DNA of 64,000 bases, from the NCBI GenBank assembly GCA_910584215.1, contig CAJTYI010000002.1, positions 21,249 through 85,248 of the forward strand. Direction: 5' to 3'. Shown here piece after piece: positions 10,720-20,637 of the stretch; within the stretch, counting starts at the first letter, position 1, and every line of letters begins with the position of its first letter. The DNA comes from an uncultured Roseburia sp. (GTDB lineage Bacteria; Bacillota; Clostridia; Lachnospirales; Lachnospiraceae). The position numbers and the translations under genes are program-made. The notes under the pieces were generated by a model, which ran no database searches, was not told the origin of the DNA, and was given only the letters and a program-made list of their open reading frames with translations.

Positions 10720-10886
10720 TTTATTTTCTTAACCCCTGTATTGATGGTTTTGAAAATCGTATTAACGACGCCTTGTATCTTGTCTTGAAACAAAGCTACC
10801 AGCCCGATCAATACAACCACAATCAAGATCAGCTCCACGACACCAACACCATCCTCTTCTTTTAAAAACTCCATAAATCCACGCAT
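10716..10886 (-). CDS. Flp family type IVb major pilin (56 aa, absent from ORF track)
   Basis: MRGFMEFLKEEDG|VGVVELILIVVVLIGLVALFQDKIQGVVNTIFKTINTGVKKIK; G|xxxxE cleavage motif; AGGAGG RBS; ATGA overlap with the next gene. Confidence 0.92.
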   Translation of the reverse strand: MRGFMEFLKEEDGVGVVELILIVVVLIGLVALFQDKIQGVVNTIFKTINTGVKKIK

Positions 10887-10957
10887 AATAATAACCTCCT
10901 CTTTTCATATACAATCCATAATTGATAGGTAAAAAATTGTTGCTGCTAGTCTTTCCC

Positions 10958-12235
10958 TCACATTTGAAAAGACAGCAGCGCAGGCACCAATAATATCGTC
11001 ATCATCACCAATAACAGCGCCATCATCGGAAACAACATTTTTGTCCCCGCTTCCTCCCCATACTTTTTCGCTAGACTCCTGCGCTCTTCAAACGCGGCTT
11101 CCGCCTCCTGCAACAGCAGCTCCATTAACCTGTGATTTCCTTTTTTCATATTCTGCGCCAGAATATTGCCCAGTCTCCGATAACGCTGCAAACCGCACCG
11201 TTCTCCAAAGTGCTGGTATGCTTTCAGTTCGCCGGCTCCGCTTTGTATCTCATGCACAGTCAGACACATCTCCTCATAAGCTGGCAGAATTTCTCTGTGC
11301 CCTTTCATTTTTCCTTTCGCATAGGAAGAAACAATACGTTCCCATGCGCCGGACAAAGACATGCCCGCCCCCAAAAGCAGCGCTAATTTGCTCACAATAT
11401 CAGGATATTCCAATAAGAGCTCCTTTTCTCTCTTTTTTTTCTTTTCCCGCTGCCTGTTCTGCTCTGCGGCAGGCAGCAAAAGTGCCACAATTACGCCGAA
11501 CAATACTATTTTTTCAGGCATAAAATTATTTGGAACGGAAAAAGTTACCGGTATTTCCATGATTTTCTCTGGCAATGTCAAATATTGTGTCCCCCGCCGT
11601 TCTCCTTCTCGGTTTATCACTTGTATAAGCGTCTCGGCAAACAGCTCGCTCCGGCTCAATTTCTTCGGATAGACTCGAATTGGAAAACGATAGATGCTCT
11701 GACTGTCCCCGCAAGTGAGTGTGACTGAAGCCTCGGTCACTATTCCTTCCTCAGGCATCATCTGCATGACAATGTTTCCACGATAGTCAATCACTTCATC
11801 CTTAAACTTCCACTCCGCCTCTACTAGCCCGCTCTGATAACTGCTGCGCAATACAACTGAGCGATCGATCTTGTCAACAGACTCATTTTCACCGGGAAAT
11901 TCCACTGTAATCTCCTCTTTGGCTGCCGCAAGATACTGTTGCTCCTGGGCAGCCGTCAACCGCTGTTCTGGGACAGTCAAGACCAGTTCTGCCCTTTCTT
12001 TACCCGTCCTCGCCACGATACGCTGCTCATAATCGCCCTCTCCGACCGGATTTCGCGCAAGGCGTATCCCTTCCGTCAAGACAGGCGCTTGCCACGCGCC
12101 AATCGCACTAAGAAGTCCAAACACACTGGCTGCCAAAACTAAGAGCAATGACTTTTTTAAAATAGGAGACAACCGTTTTCGCCAAACGAGCAGCAAAAGC
12201 ACAACAAATAAAATGAGTACAGTACACAAAATCAT
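10958..12235 (-). CDS. TadC-like T2SS-F family pilus platform protein
   Basis: EYPDIVSKLALLLGAGMSL...FGERCG...EEAGTKMLFPM. Confidence 0.85.
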   Translation of the reverse strand: MILCTVLILFVVLLLLVWRKRLSPILKKSLLLVLAASVFGLLSAIGAWQAPVLTEGIRLARNPVGEGDYEQRIVARTGKERAELVLTVPEQRLTAAQEQQYLAAAKEEITVEFPGENESVDKIDRSVVLRSSYQSGLVEAEWKFKDEVIDYRGNIVMQMMPEEGIVTEASVTLTCGDSQSIYRFPIRVYPKKLSRSELFAETLIQVINREGERRGTQYLTLPEKIMEIPVTFSVPNNFMPEKIVLFGVIVALLLPAAEQNRQREKKKKREKELLLEYPDIVSKLALLLGAGMSLSGAWERIVSSYAKGKMKGHREILPAYEEMCLTVHEIQSGAGELKAYQHFGERCGLQRYRRLGNILAQNMKKGNHRLMELLLQEAEAAFEERRSLAKKYGEEAGTKMLFPMMALLLVMMTILLVPALLSFQM

Positions 12236-12322
12236 TCGACACCACTCCTCCTTTCTACTTTTGCGGCAATGCGATAAGCAATTCGCGCAGGCAATTCCGC
12301 ATCAACCATCAACCATCTACGA

Positions 12323-13060
12323 TTATACTTTTATGTTCATCACTTTCCCAGACCACCAGACAGCCGCCGCATAAACCGCCAGCGCTGCCGTCATCAGTAA
12401 CACTCCAGAAAGGTTCCCATACAACGGTTCTAAAAATCCCCTAGAGGTAAAATTGATGTAGGCCAGCAAAAGCAGTGGCATTATATACATAATCTTACTC
12501 TCAAACTTTTTTCCGGCTATGGCTGTCTGAATCTCCTGTTCAACTTCTATTTTTGCACCTAAACGCTGTACAGTGGTCCGTATAATCGCTACAAAATCAC
12601 CGCCACTGCGCTTGGCAAACGAAAATATTTCCGCAAAACTCTCAATATCTTCGCATCCGCTGCGAAGCGCAAAGCCAGTCAACGCTTCTTCCAACGGCTG
12701 ATTCATGCTGACTAAGCTGTTGATTTGTATAAATTCCTTGACAATCGGCTGCTGCTTGCCATAGAGCATCATAAGATCATGCTCCGCCTCCTTCCAGGCA
12801 TTTTCCATAGAATATCCCGCCAAAAGTGCAGCCGCCACTGCCATCATTCCCTCTTTGAAGCCAGATAACAGCAAATTTCTTTGTCTTGCTCCACGATAAT
12901 TCTTATAAACCCTCAAAACATATCCGTACACGAATGGCAGCAGCAATAGCCCTAAAATGCTGCGGTAAAACAGCCAGGCGACTGCCAGGGCAAATGCAGC
13001 GGCAACCCCAACGCACCATACATAATCCGCTATCTTACATTTGTATTTCCTGTAATCCAT
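12323..13060 (-). CDS. TadB-like T2SS-F family protein
   Basis: LLAGYSMENAW...FAEIFSFAKRSGG; GGAGGT RBS. Confidence 0.85.
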   Translation of the reverse strand: MDYRKYKCKIADYVWCVGVAAAFALAVAWLFYRSILGLLLLPFVYGYVLRVYKNYRGARQRNLLLSGFKEGMMAVAAALLAGYSMENAWKEAEHDLMMLYGKQQPIVKEFIQINSLVSMNQPLEEALTGFALRSGCEDIESFAEIFSFAKRSGGDFVAIIRTTVQRLGAKIEVEQEIQTAIAGKKFESKIMYIMPLLLLAYINFTSRGFLEPLYGNLSGVLLMTAALAVYAAAVWWSGKVMNIKV

Positions 13061-13075
13061 CCCCACACCTCCGAA

Positions 13076-13274
13076 TTCTGACTACACAAAATCAATTGTA
13101 TTCTGTCTACTCTGAATATCCCGCGTTCTGTCTACACAAAATCAATTGTGTTCTGTCTACGTCGGATATCCCGCGTTCTGTCTAAACAAAATCAATTGTG
13201 TTCTGTCTACATCGGATATCCCGCGTTCTATCTACACAAGATCGTATTCTGTCTACTCTGGATATCCCGCGTTC
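13076..13274. repeat. ~4 copies of a 50-bp tandem repeat
   Basis: Unit TTCTGTCTACACAAAATCAATTGTGTTCTGTCTACxTCGGATATCCCGCG at 13076, 13126, 13176 and 13226 (last copy 46 bp). Confidence 0.95.
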
Positions 13275-14470
13275 CGCCACTTATCTGTATGCTGCAGACG
13301 TCCGACTTTCTGCAGCTCTCCACATACGTTCCCGTGATCAATCCCCGTCTGTACAAAACGAAATATTTCATTGAGTACCACCTCCCCCTCAAACACGCCT
13401 GTCACCTCTGTGATGCTTAACACCCTGCGGCTTTTATCGCGCAGCCTGCCCAGATGGACCAAAATATCGATGCCCGACGCAATCTGACTTCGGACGGCAG
13501 CGAGCGGTAAATCCATTCCCATCAACACCATCGTCTCCAGACGACTTAGCATATCGCGGCAAGAATTTGCATGGCCGGTGGAAAGACTGCCGTCATGACC
13601 GGTATTCATAGCCTGCAAGACATCCAATGCCTCTGCGCCGCGACATTCGCCAACAATAATCCGTTCCGGCCTCATTCGGAGCGCTGCTTTAATCAGATCG
13701 CGTATCGTAATCGGCGCCACACCCTCGGTGTTTGAATTCCTCGTCTCCAAGCGAACTAGATTTGGTTTTTCCACCAGCTGCAATTCAGCCGCATCTTCAA
13801 TAGTTATGATGCGTTCCTCCCCCGGTATAAATTGAGACAGGGCGTTGAGAAATGTTGTCTTTCCTGAGCCTGTCCCGCCTGATACAAAAATGTTATATCC
13901 CGCTCCAACTAACAGGGAGAGCATTTTAGCGGCATCGGCCGAAATAGAACCGCACCGGACTAAAGATTCCATCAAAATCGGATTTTTCGGAAATTTTCGG
14001 ATTGAAATGGCCGAACCATCCAGCGACACCGGTTCCAATACAATATTGACGCGGGAGCCGTCCGACAATCTCACATCGACGATGGGGGACGCCTCATTGA
14101 CCATGCGATTGCTGCTCGCCACGATCTGCTGTATCACGTCGTTCAGCTTCTCCTTTGAGGAAAACTGCCGTTTGTCCCGGTGCATCTTTCCGCCCTTTTC
14201 ATAAAAGATACGGGATGCGCCATTGACCATAATTTCCGTTATCTCGTCATCCTCCAACAGCTCCTGAATCACATCCAGTTTGCGCAGGGCGTTAAACAGC
14301 GCCTTTTCCAGGCTTTCCCGCTCATTTAATCCAAGCATTTTCTGCCTGGCATATACAGCGGTCTTTTCCTCCACCATGCGATATACATCCTCATCTACAA
14401 GCTCCTGATTGAGATCTATTTCTTCCAAAATCTGTGCCTGCAGTTCTCTCACTGTCTTGGACTGTTCCAC
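13253..14470 (-). CDS. cpaF: CpaF/TadA pilus assembly ATPase
   Basis: GGTGSGKTT Walker A, TIEDAAEL, ALRMRPERIIVGECRG, MNTGHDGSLSTGHAN. Confidence 0.95.
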   Translation of the reverse strand: MEQSKTVRELQAQILEEIDLNQELVDEDVYRMVEEKTAVYARQKMLGLNERESLEKALFNALRKLDVIQELLEDDEITEIMVNGASRIFYEKGGKMHRDKRQFSSKEKLNDVIQQIVASSNRMVNEASPIVDVRLSDGSRVNIVLEPVSLDGSAISIRKFPKNPILMESLVRCGSISADAAKMLSLLVGAGYNIFVSGGTGSGKTTFLNALSQFIPGEERIITIEDAAELQLVEKPNLVRLETRNSNTEGVAPITIRDLIKAALRMRPERIIVGECRGAEALDVLQAMNTGHDGSLSTGHANSCRDMLSRLETMVLMGMDLPLAAVRSQIASGIDILVHLGRLRDKSRRVLSITEVTGVFEGEVVLNEIFRFVQTGIDHGNVCGELQKVGRLQHTDKWRNAGYPE

Positions 14471-15504
14471 TCTTTGCCCCCTTCCAGATAGCTGCGCACA
14501 TAATCGCCAAAATCACTATAATTTAGCTGACGCAGCACATCCATACCACCTTGGATGCCCTTCGCGCTGTAGGGAAGATTCACAAAACAGAGTTGTTGTC
14601 CGAACCGTTCTCCTACCGTCTCCTCGAGATATTTCATAAAATGATTTTTCCTACACTCATAGTAAAATCCCTGGCGCATTGGGCAATACACTACACTGCA
14701 AAGCTTAAGCATCTCCGAAAACTTTGCCAAACCGTCGCCAAAATCAAGTAACAGCATCTCAAAATCGGTATTTTGCACGATAAACGCTATGACTGCTGTC
14801 AAATCCTCCATCGTCATTTCTCTCAGGTTGGCCGGATTATAAAACGGAGCAATATAGGAAATACCTTCGCTTTGATATACACATTGATAAAAGGTCTCCG
14901 GCTTTAGACGGCCTTTTCGCAGCTTTATCAGCAGATCTCCCAGATCGCGCTCTCCCTCAAGGTCAAACAATTCCACAAAACCGGAACATGCGATGAGATT
15001 TATATAGAGCACTTTCCTTCCCGCCGCTGCCTGCTGCCTTGCCAATACCATAGAAAACGGCATTTGCATCTCATGCCCGCAGGGAGAATAGACACCAATC
15101 ACTTCCGTGTGCAAAAGTTTGTATTCGTTCCCATCCCGTAATATACTTTTTTGTGACAAAGCAATTATTTCGTGCAGTATTGTCTCCATACTCTGATAGC
15201 GAAAGACGCACGGCATCTTTTCGCACCCATCCTGATAATTGCCTGCCTCACCTACCTGTGAACACGCTTCCGCCAGATAAAGAACGGGAAACCGGCGTTC
15301 CCAGAGCGCCTTAGCCAGCGTGAGAAAGCCGCTGCCGACTAAAACGAGATCAAACTGGCAATGCATCGCGCCTTCCACGAAATGCTTTACATCCGAAAAT
15401 ACATGAACCGCGATCTCCTCGGCCTTATGCTCCATCAGATAGGTCACAAAGCGTTCCTGATATTCCTCCTCCTCTTCGCAAAAGGCAATCGTAATTTTAT
15501 GCAA
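14449..15504 (-). CDS. TadZ/CpaE-like protein (receiver-like + degenerate ParA/MinD domain)
   Basis: N-terminal receiver-like region; VIGVYSPCG degenerate P-loop; directly upstream of cpaF. Confidence 0.7.
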   Translation of the reverse strand: MHKITIAFCEEEEEYQERFVTYLMEHKAEEIAVHVFSDVKHFVEGAMHCQFDLVLVGSGFLTLAKALWERRFPVLYLAEACSQVGEAGNYQDGCEKMPCVFRYQSMETILHEIIALSQKSILRDGNEYKLLHTEVIGVYSPCGHEMQMPFSMVLARQQAAAGRKVLYINLIACSGFVELFDLEGERDLGDLLIKLRKGRLKPETFYQCVYQSEGISYIAPFYNPANLREMTMEDLTAVIAFIVQNTDFEMLLLDFGDGLAKFSEMLKLCSVVYCPMRQGFYYECRKNHFMKYLEETVGERFGQQLCFVNLPYSAKGIQGGMDVLRQLNYSDFGDYVRSYLEGGKEWNSPRQ

Positions 15505-15940
15505 TTGTACACCTCCAGATTGTGATAAGATAACTTGTCAAAATAAAAATTGAGAAATGTATCTGAGTTTTTGCTTTCCAGTCATAGGTTCCCTTACATT
15601 TTCGATACAGAATCTTACATACGCCCGCGGCTGCGGCTGCAATAAGCGCAGTCAAAATTAATCCCATAATCTGGCGCAACGAAAAATAACAGGCAGTAAC
15701 GGAAAACAATTTGATATCACCCGCGCCCAACACGCGCAGCTGAAATAAAAGATATAATAAGATAACCGGTATAGAAATATTTACGAGACCGTAAATCAGT
15801 CCTGCGGCTCCTTCCCACACGTAACGGCAGACAAGTCCGCACAATAATCCGAAAGCAATCAGCCGGTTACTGATTCGATACTCCCGGAAATCCTCAATCA
15901 CTGCCGCCAGCAGTACGGGCAGCGCTATGAGGCATCTCAT
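15497..15940 (-). CDS. A24 family prepilin peptidase (TadV-like)
   Basis: EDFREYRISN and LGAGDIKL motifs. Confidence 0.88.
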   Translation of the reverse strand: MRCLIALPVLLAAVIEDFREYRISNRLIAFGLLCGLVCRYVWEGAAGLIYGLVNISIPVILLYLLFQLRVLGAGDIKLFSVTACYFSLRQIMGLILTALIAAAAAGVCKILYRKCKGTYDWKAKTQIHFSIFILTSYLITIWRCTIA

Positions 15941-16045
15941 TCCCCCAATTCATCACCTCTTTCATTAGTTTGTGAATTGGATTATAGCAACTGTATGATC
16001 TTTTGTCCATTGCTTTCACAATATTCGTGTTTTTTTGTCACATTA

Positions 16046-16291
16046 TCACAAAAATTTGCAGGCACTAACCGCATACAATAGCAAAACACCGCCAAAACCA
16101 AGGCCTCCGGTTGTCAAAAGGCTTACCATATTCCATCCCACAAAAAGATCAATCTGCCGCTTGGCCAAAAACTGATTGATGTAATAAATACTCCCCATGC
16201 CAAGCACCATGCGCAGTATGACCCAAAATAACATATTCCATAACCTGCGCGTCAGCTCTTCGCGCGTAAAACTCCCCCAAAAATCTCTCAT
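16046..16291 (-). CDS. pro-sigmaK processing inhibitor BofA family protein
   Basis: Small hydrophobic protein with VGWNMVSLLTTGGLGFGGVLLLY pattern; next to a yaaL-like gene. Confidence 0.75.
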   Translation of the reverse strand: MRDFWGSFTREELTRRLWNMLFWVILRMVLGMGSIYYINQFLAKRQIDLFVGWNMVSLLTTGGLGFGGVLLLYAVSACKFL

Positions 16292-16546
16292 AAGATAACC
16301 ACGCCTTTCTTAAACCTGAAATTTTTGCACTGTTCTCTTAAAAAATAACCATTGTAACTGTTATGATATCTTTATTCATACCTTCCACTGTTTATGACAA
16401 AATACTATTTTGAGGCCATGCTGCATAGCAGAACAAAATACCCGTTCGTTTCCGGAAAATGACACCTCATTCGATTCACACTTTTTCCCTAAATTTGAAT
16501 AGAATGGAAACTGCCTGACTATACTTATAAGAGAAGAGGAGGAGCT

Positions 16547-16780
16547 TTGCATATGCGTCTATTTAAATCAGCCCCACCAAGAGATGAACATTACACTTTA
16601 CTTATGAAAGATCTCCACCAGACCACCGTTGCCCTGCAGGATGCCTACAGCAACCTCTCGAATGCCGTAGACCCGGATCTGATCGACTGTTATATCTACC
16701 AGCTCAACTCTGTACAAATGCGCTACAAATTTCTGTTAGCATCATTAAAATCCTATAAAGCAGATATGCCGGTGACATAG
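16547..16780 (+). CDS. YaaL/DUF2508 family protein
   Basis: AYSNLSNAVDPDLIDCYIYQLNSVQMRYKFLL. Confidence 0.85.
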   Translation: MHMRLFKSAPPRDEHYTLLMKDLHQTTVALQDAYSNLSNAVDPDLIDCYIYQLNSVQMRYKFLLASLKSYKADMPVT

Positions 16781-16828
16781 GCGTCTGTCACCTGAAATCG
16801 AGTAGAAAAGGACCAAAAAAGAGGATTC

Positions 16829-17308
16829 CTATGCAAGGAATCCCCTTTTTTGGCTGTTGATATCCTGATATGTCTCTGTCACATCGTTCCTGCCATAAGT
16901 ATAACCTGCAAAAACCTGCTCCGCATTTTGCATCAGCGGCTGGGAATGATCTGACTTCGCTACCTCTACAAAGCTGGCATAAAGCTTACGCATAAGGCGC
17001 ACCGCCTCACCGGCGCTGTTGAACTGGCGCTTATAGATCGCCATCGCAATCCCTTCTCTGCAATACACATAGATCCGGTAAAGATCTTTTGCCATATCCT
17101 GTGAAAAATCAAGGGCGCCAATCAGCTCATTTACGGCGCGCTCCCCGCCGCGAAGCGCGCTCTTGTAGCTTTCCCAGTCCTCCGCGGCGCAGGCAGCTTC
17201 CGCCTCCTCCAAATATGCAAAGAAAATATCATACACTACGACTACAAGTCCACTGCGGTTGCACTGGCTGACTCGTCTGGTAAATTCCGAAATTTTTTCT
17301 TTCCTCAA
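16829..17308 (-). CDS. fliS: flagellar export chaperone FliS family protein
   Basis: LVVVVYD...ELIGALDFSQDMAKDLYRIYVY; directly downstream of flagellin. Confidence 0.8.
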   Translation of the reverse strand: MRKEKISEFTRRVSQCNRSGLVVVVYDIFFAYLEEAEAACAAEDWESYKSALRGGERAVNELIGALDFSQDMAKDLYRIYVYCREGIAMAIYKRQFNSAGEAVRLMRKLYASFVEVAKSDHSQPLMQNAEQVFAGYTYGRNDVTETYQDINSQKRGFLA

Positions 17309-17392
17309 AAAAATCCTCCTTAAAGCCGGTTCCTACAAGATTGACCCAGGCACTCCAACGTCCCGCGCAAATCACTGCGATTTACAAGTAGT

Positions 17393-18913
17393 TTACTGCA
17401 TAATCTGCAACACCTGCTGCGGCAGATCGTTCGCCTGCGTAAGCACAGAAATCGCCGCCTGATTGAGCACATTCTGCTGTGTATAGTTTGTCATTTCCTC
17501 CGCCATATCAGCGTCTGTCAGACGCGAAATGGCACTCGTCATATTCTCCTCAAAAGTGTCAAGACTGGCAACCGAATGTTCCAAACGGTTCTGATAAGCC
17601 CCAAGGCTCGAACGAACGGCGGATAGCTGGCTGACCGCTTTGTCAATCGTGGCAATCGCTCTGTCCGCACCGGTAACAGTCGTTACATCAACCCCATCCA
17701 CATAGAGACTCTTCGAGGAAACCTCGGGAATCCGCACAGACATATTCTGGTCTTTATTTGCGCCGATATGAATAATCATCGGTCCAATTTCCGTCACCTC
17801 AAACTCCAGCTCACCGTTGAACACAACCCCGGTGGGCGTTCCGTATGCATCAGTCTCAGGAGCGCCGTTTTCGTATCCCGCATCTACGACAAAGGACATG
17901 GAAAAACCGTCCACGTCGGATACTGTAATCTTATTTCCATCGTATGATACCGTCGCCGTGTTGCTAAATCCTTCCCATGTATAATTGTTACTACCAGCCG
18001 GATTAGCTGCCAGAACCGGATTCTCGCCGGTCGGGCTTAAGATCGTATCGCCCACTTTCTGTCCGTACACATAGATATCTCCCTGTTTATGAACATCATA
18101 ATCGCCGGATGGACCAAAACCGAGCTTCGTTGCAAGTTCCTGACTGTCAAACGTAAACTTCGTGACGCCGTTTTTTCCATAGGCATCGGAAATGAATGTA
18201 ATACTTCCATCGTTTTCGTCCCTCTTAGCCAAAGTTTCTCCGACCTGCGCACCGTCTCTAATTTTTTCATAGACCTGGTCGTATGTGTCTGTGGCTTCGA
18301 TTGATATCTTAGATCCGTTGACGGTAAAGACTCCCTTGATTCCGATCTCTGCATTGCCTCTAAAGTCGACTCCGCTCGTCGAAGACTCCGCCTGTGTCGC
18401 TGCTTTCTCAATGGTGAGTTTATAGTTCCCTGGCTTTACATGATCAGAAATATTAACGCGTTCTGCATGATCGGTAAAAACCTTTGTGTCAAGCGAACCG
18501 TCAAGCAGCGGTTTCGTATTGTACTCCGTATCCGTTGAAATGCGGTCCAACTCGTCCTTTAAGGAGTCAATCTCTGCCTGAATCGCCTGCTTATCTTCCA
18601 GTGACATTACCGCATCGTTGGCCGCCTGCACGGCAAGCTCGCGCATACGCGATAAGATACTGGTGCTCTCGTTTAGGGCGCCGTCCGCAATCTGAATTAC
18701 GGAAATACCGTCTGAAGCGTTTCTCGAAGCGCGGTCTAACCCGTCGATCTGCGCCTGCATCTTATTGGAAATGGCAATTCCTGCCGGCGCATCTTTCGCA
18801 TGATTGATTTTCAAACCTGAGGAAAGACGCTCCATGGATTTTTTCAGATTCCCCTCGATGTTGAGCAAATTGTTATTGGCAATTGCTGCTGATAAATTGT
18901 AATTGATTTTCAT
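17393..18913 (-). CDS. flagellin
   Basis: MERLSSGLKINHAKD...RNASDGIS...RMRELAVQAAN; C-terminal RSSLGAYQNRLEH...DADMAEEM. Confidence 0.95.
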   Translation of the reverse strand: MKINYNLSAAIANNNLLNIEGNLKKSMERLSSGLKINHAKDAPAGIAISNKMQAQIDGLDRASRNASDGISVIQIADGALNESTSILSRMRELAVQAANDAVMSLEDKQAIQAEIDSLKDELDRISTDTEYNTKPLLDGSLDTKVFTDHAERVNISDHVKPGNYKLTIEKAATQAESSTSGVDFRGNAEIGIKGVFTVNGSKISIEATDTYDQVYEKIRDGAQVGETLAKRDENDGSITFISDAYGKNGVTKFTFDSQELATKLGFGPSGDYDVHKQGDIYVYGQKVGDTILSPTGENPVLAANPAGSNNYTWEGFSNTATVSYDGNKITVSDVDGFSMSFVVDAGYENGAPETDAYGTPTGVVFNGELEFEVTEIGPMIIHIGANKDQNMSVRIPEVSSKSLYVDGVDVTTVTGADRAIATIDKAVSQLSAVRSSLGAYQNRLEHSVASLDTFEENMTSAISRLTDADMAEEMTNYTQQNVLNQAAISVLTQANDLPQQVLQIMQ

Positions 18914-18941
18914 ATGTTATGCTCCTTTAACTCTCTATTGC

Positions 18942-18976
18942 GCATCCATGCCCTCTTCCCTGTGACATTCCTTGTC
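18942..18976 (-). promoter_or_regulatory. two GGA-loop hairpins in the flagellin leader (candidate CsrA sites)
   Basis: Minus strand GACAAGGAATGTC and GCATGGATGC, each with ANGGA in a hairpin. Confidence 0.6.
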
Positions 18977-18989
18977 TTCACTGGTTACT

Positions 18990-19018
18990 ATATCGGTCAT
19001 TTTGTCATTTCCCTAAAG
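18990..19018 (-). promoter_or_regulatory. sigma28 (SigD/FliA)-type promoter
   Basis: Minus strand CTTTAGGG...ACCGATAT; good -10 match, weak -35. Confidence 0.6.
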
Positions 19019-19239
19019 TTTTTTTCAAAAGTTCTAAAAAGTTCCCGATCGTAAATTCCTGCCAAATCGTATTCTATAAAATCATTTGCATTTTGCCCGT
19101 ACTTGTATTATAATCAATACGTTCTTGGACATACTATTTTTGTGCCAGCGGACAAACTCAGTTGTCACAATTGCCAACTTAAAAAAATTCTTCTTACAGA
19201 ATGCACCATGTTTTGTAAGATTCAAAGGAGGACAAACAA

Positions 19240-19461
19240 ATGGCTCAGGTATCAAAACAGACCATGATTGGAGAATTACTTCAGATTGACCAGGATGTAG
19301 CGCCTATTCTTTTAAATATCGGTATGCATTGTCTCGGATGCCCTTCTTCCCAGATGGAGACCATCGAGGAAGCGGCTATGGTACATGGCATCGACCCAGA
19401 CGCACTGGTTTCACAGATCAATGACTTTCTTGCAGGAAACAGCGCTGCTGTGAATGCTTAA
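19240..19461 (+). CDS. DUF1858 domain protein
   Basis: GMHCLGCPSSQMETIEEAAMVHGID. Confidence 0.9.
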   Translation: MAQVSKQTMIGELLQIDQDVAPILLNIGMHCLGCPSSQMETIEEAAMVHGIDPDALVSQINDFLAGNSAAVNA

Positions 19462-19501
19462 AAGTGAATGGAGCAGTCTTTCCCTGCCCGTTAATGAAAA
19501 A

Positions 19502-19550
19502 AAAGCGGAGACCTTACACAATGCATGTGACTGGTCTCCGCTTTACTTTT
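19502..19550. terminator. bidirectional intrinsic terminator
   Basis: AAAGCGGAGACC...GGTCTCCGCTTT between convergent genes, flanked by A/T tracts. Confidence 0.7.
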
Positions 19551-19558
19551 GACCTCTC

Positions 19559-20335
19559 CTACACTTCAGCCAGGGTCTGTAGTGCTCTCCCCTTTATAAT
19601 TAGGTCAAAATGCTCGCCAAAAAACGCCCCCGCGGCAGGAGTATATGACTGCTGACGGGCGTACTCAGACAAAATATTGCACACTTTATTAAACTCCTCC
19701 GGTGTCTGGGAGCTTTTATTTACGAGCAGATAGTATTTGCGGTTTTTCATGTTTTTGTACAAATCATTTGCTCCGGTGTAAAAGCCGTGGAGCACATGGG
19801 CTAGCTCCACGATCTCTGCCAATTCTCTGAATACAAAGAGCTTGGTGATATCCACTAACACCTGCACTTGTTTCTTACTGCCCGCTTTATCCCCGTCTGG
19901 CGGTGTGGAATTATCCTGCTTTTCTCCCTCCTGCTTTTCCGTTGCCTCCTGCATCTTTTTAAATAAATCCAAGATACCGTCGGCGCCTTCCGGCTGTGAC
20001 TGCGTCGCTGTAGAGCTGTTGAACTCCTCGTACACATCCTCCATATCAGGTTCTGAAAATTTAGAAAACCGGGTGTCAAGCTCCTCGGGATACTCCACTT
20101 TGGTAATCAGCAATATAACGGTGTCCGCCGACAGGGGGATCGCCTCTATCATAAGCGGGATGTCATCGGCCTCAAATCCAAACTCATACTCAGCCTGCTG
20201 CATCATATCGCGGAACAACATCTTCGCTTTCTCCGTTCCATATGCAAGCTCGCTGATCTTAAGCTGACGTTCAGCTAAATCTTCCCGTGTTAAAGTACAA
20301 CGAATCTGATTTTCATTTACTTTTTCTATCTTCAT
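19559..20335 (-). CDS. mecA: ClpC adaptor protein MecA
   Basis: MKIEKVNENQIRCTLTREDL...PLMIEAIP...ILLITK; start corrected to 20335. Confidence 0.92.
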   Translation of the reverse strand: MKIEKVNENQIRCTLTREDLAERQLKISELAYGTEKAKMLFRDMMQQAEYEFGFEADDIPLMIEAIPLSADTVILLITKVEYPEELDTRFSKFSEPDMEDVYEEFNSSTATQSQPEGADGILDLFKKMQEATEKQEGEKQDNSTPPDGDKAGSKKQVQVLVDITKLFVFRELAEIVELAHVLHGFYTGANDLYKNMKNRKYYLLVNKSSQTPEEFNKVCNILSEYARQQSYTPAAGAFFGEHFDLIIKGRALQTLAEV

Positions 20336-20637
20336 ATCTATCACGCCTTTCCGTTTCTGCCGCGTCTGTACTGACACGCACAGTAGTCTCTCATCTTTAC
20401 CGGAAAACATCATAAACCGTACATTTATTATAATCAAATGCCCTGTTGATGTAAAGTATGCGATTATATTAAATCTTTCTAAAACAAATTTGCCAAAATT
20501 TACCCGCATTTTTTTGTGTATTTTTCACAAAAAAACAAAATATCGTTGCAAAACGATAAACAGCATGATATAAAAAATGCATGAGATGTGGGTCTGACAA
20601 TTCCTGAAAGGAGCAGATTCTCATTCAACAAAATATT

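Noticed and set aside
13076..13274. Possible CRISPR array
   Set aside because: The units are contiguous near-identical copies with no unique spacers, and no cas genes are present
19559..20335. mecA as methicillin resistance
   Set aside because: The sequence is the ClpC adaptor MecA, not PBP2a
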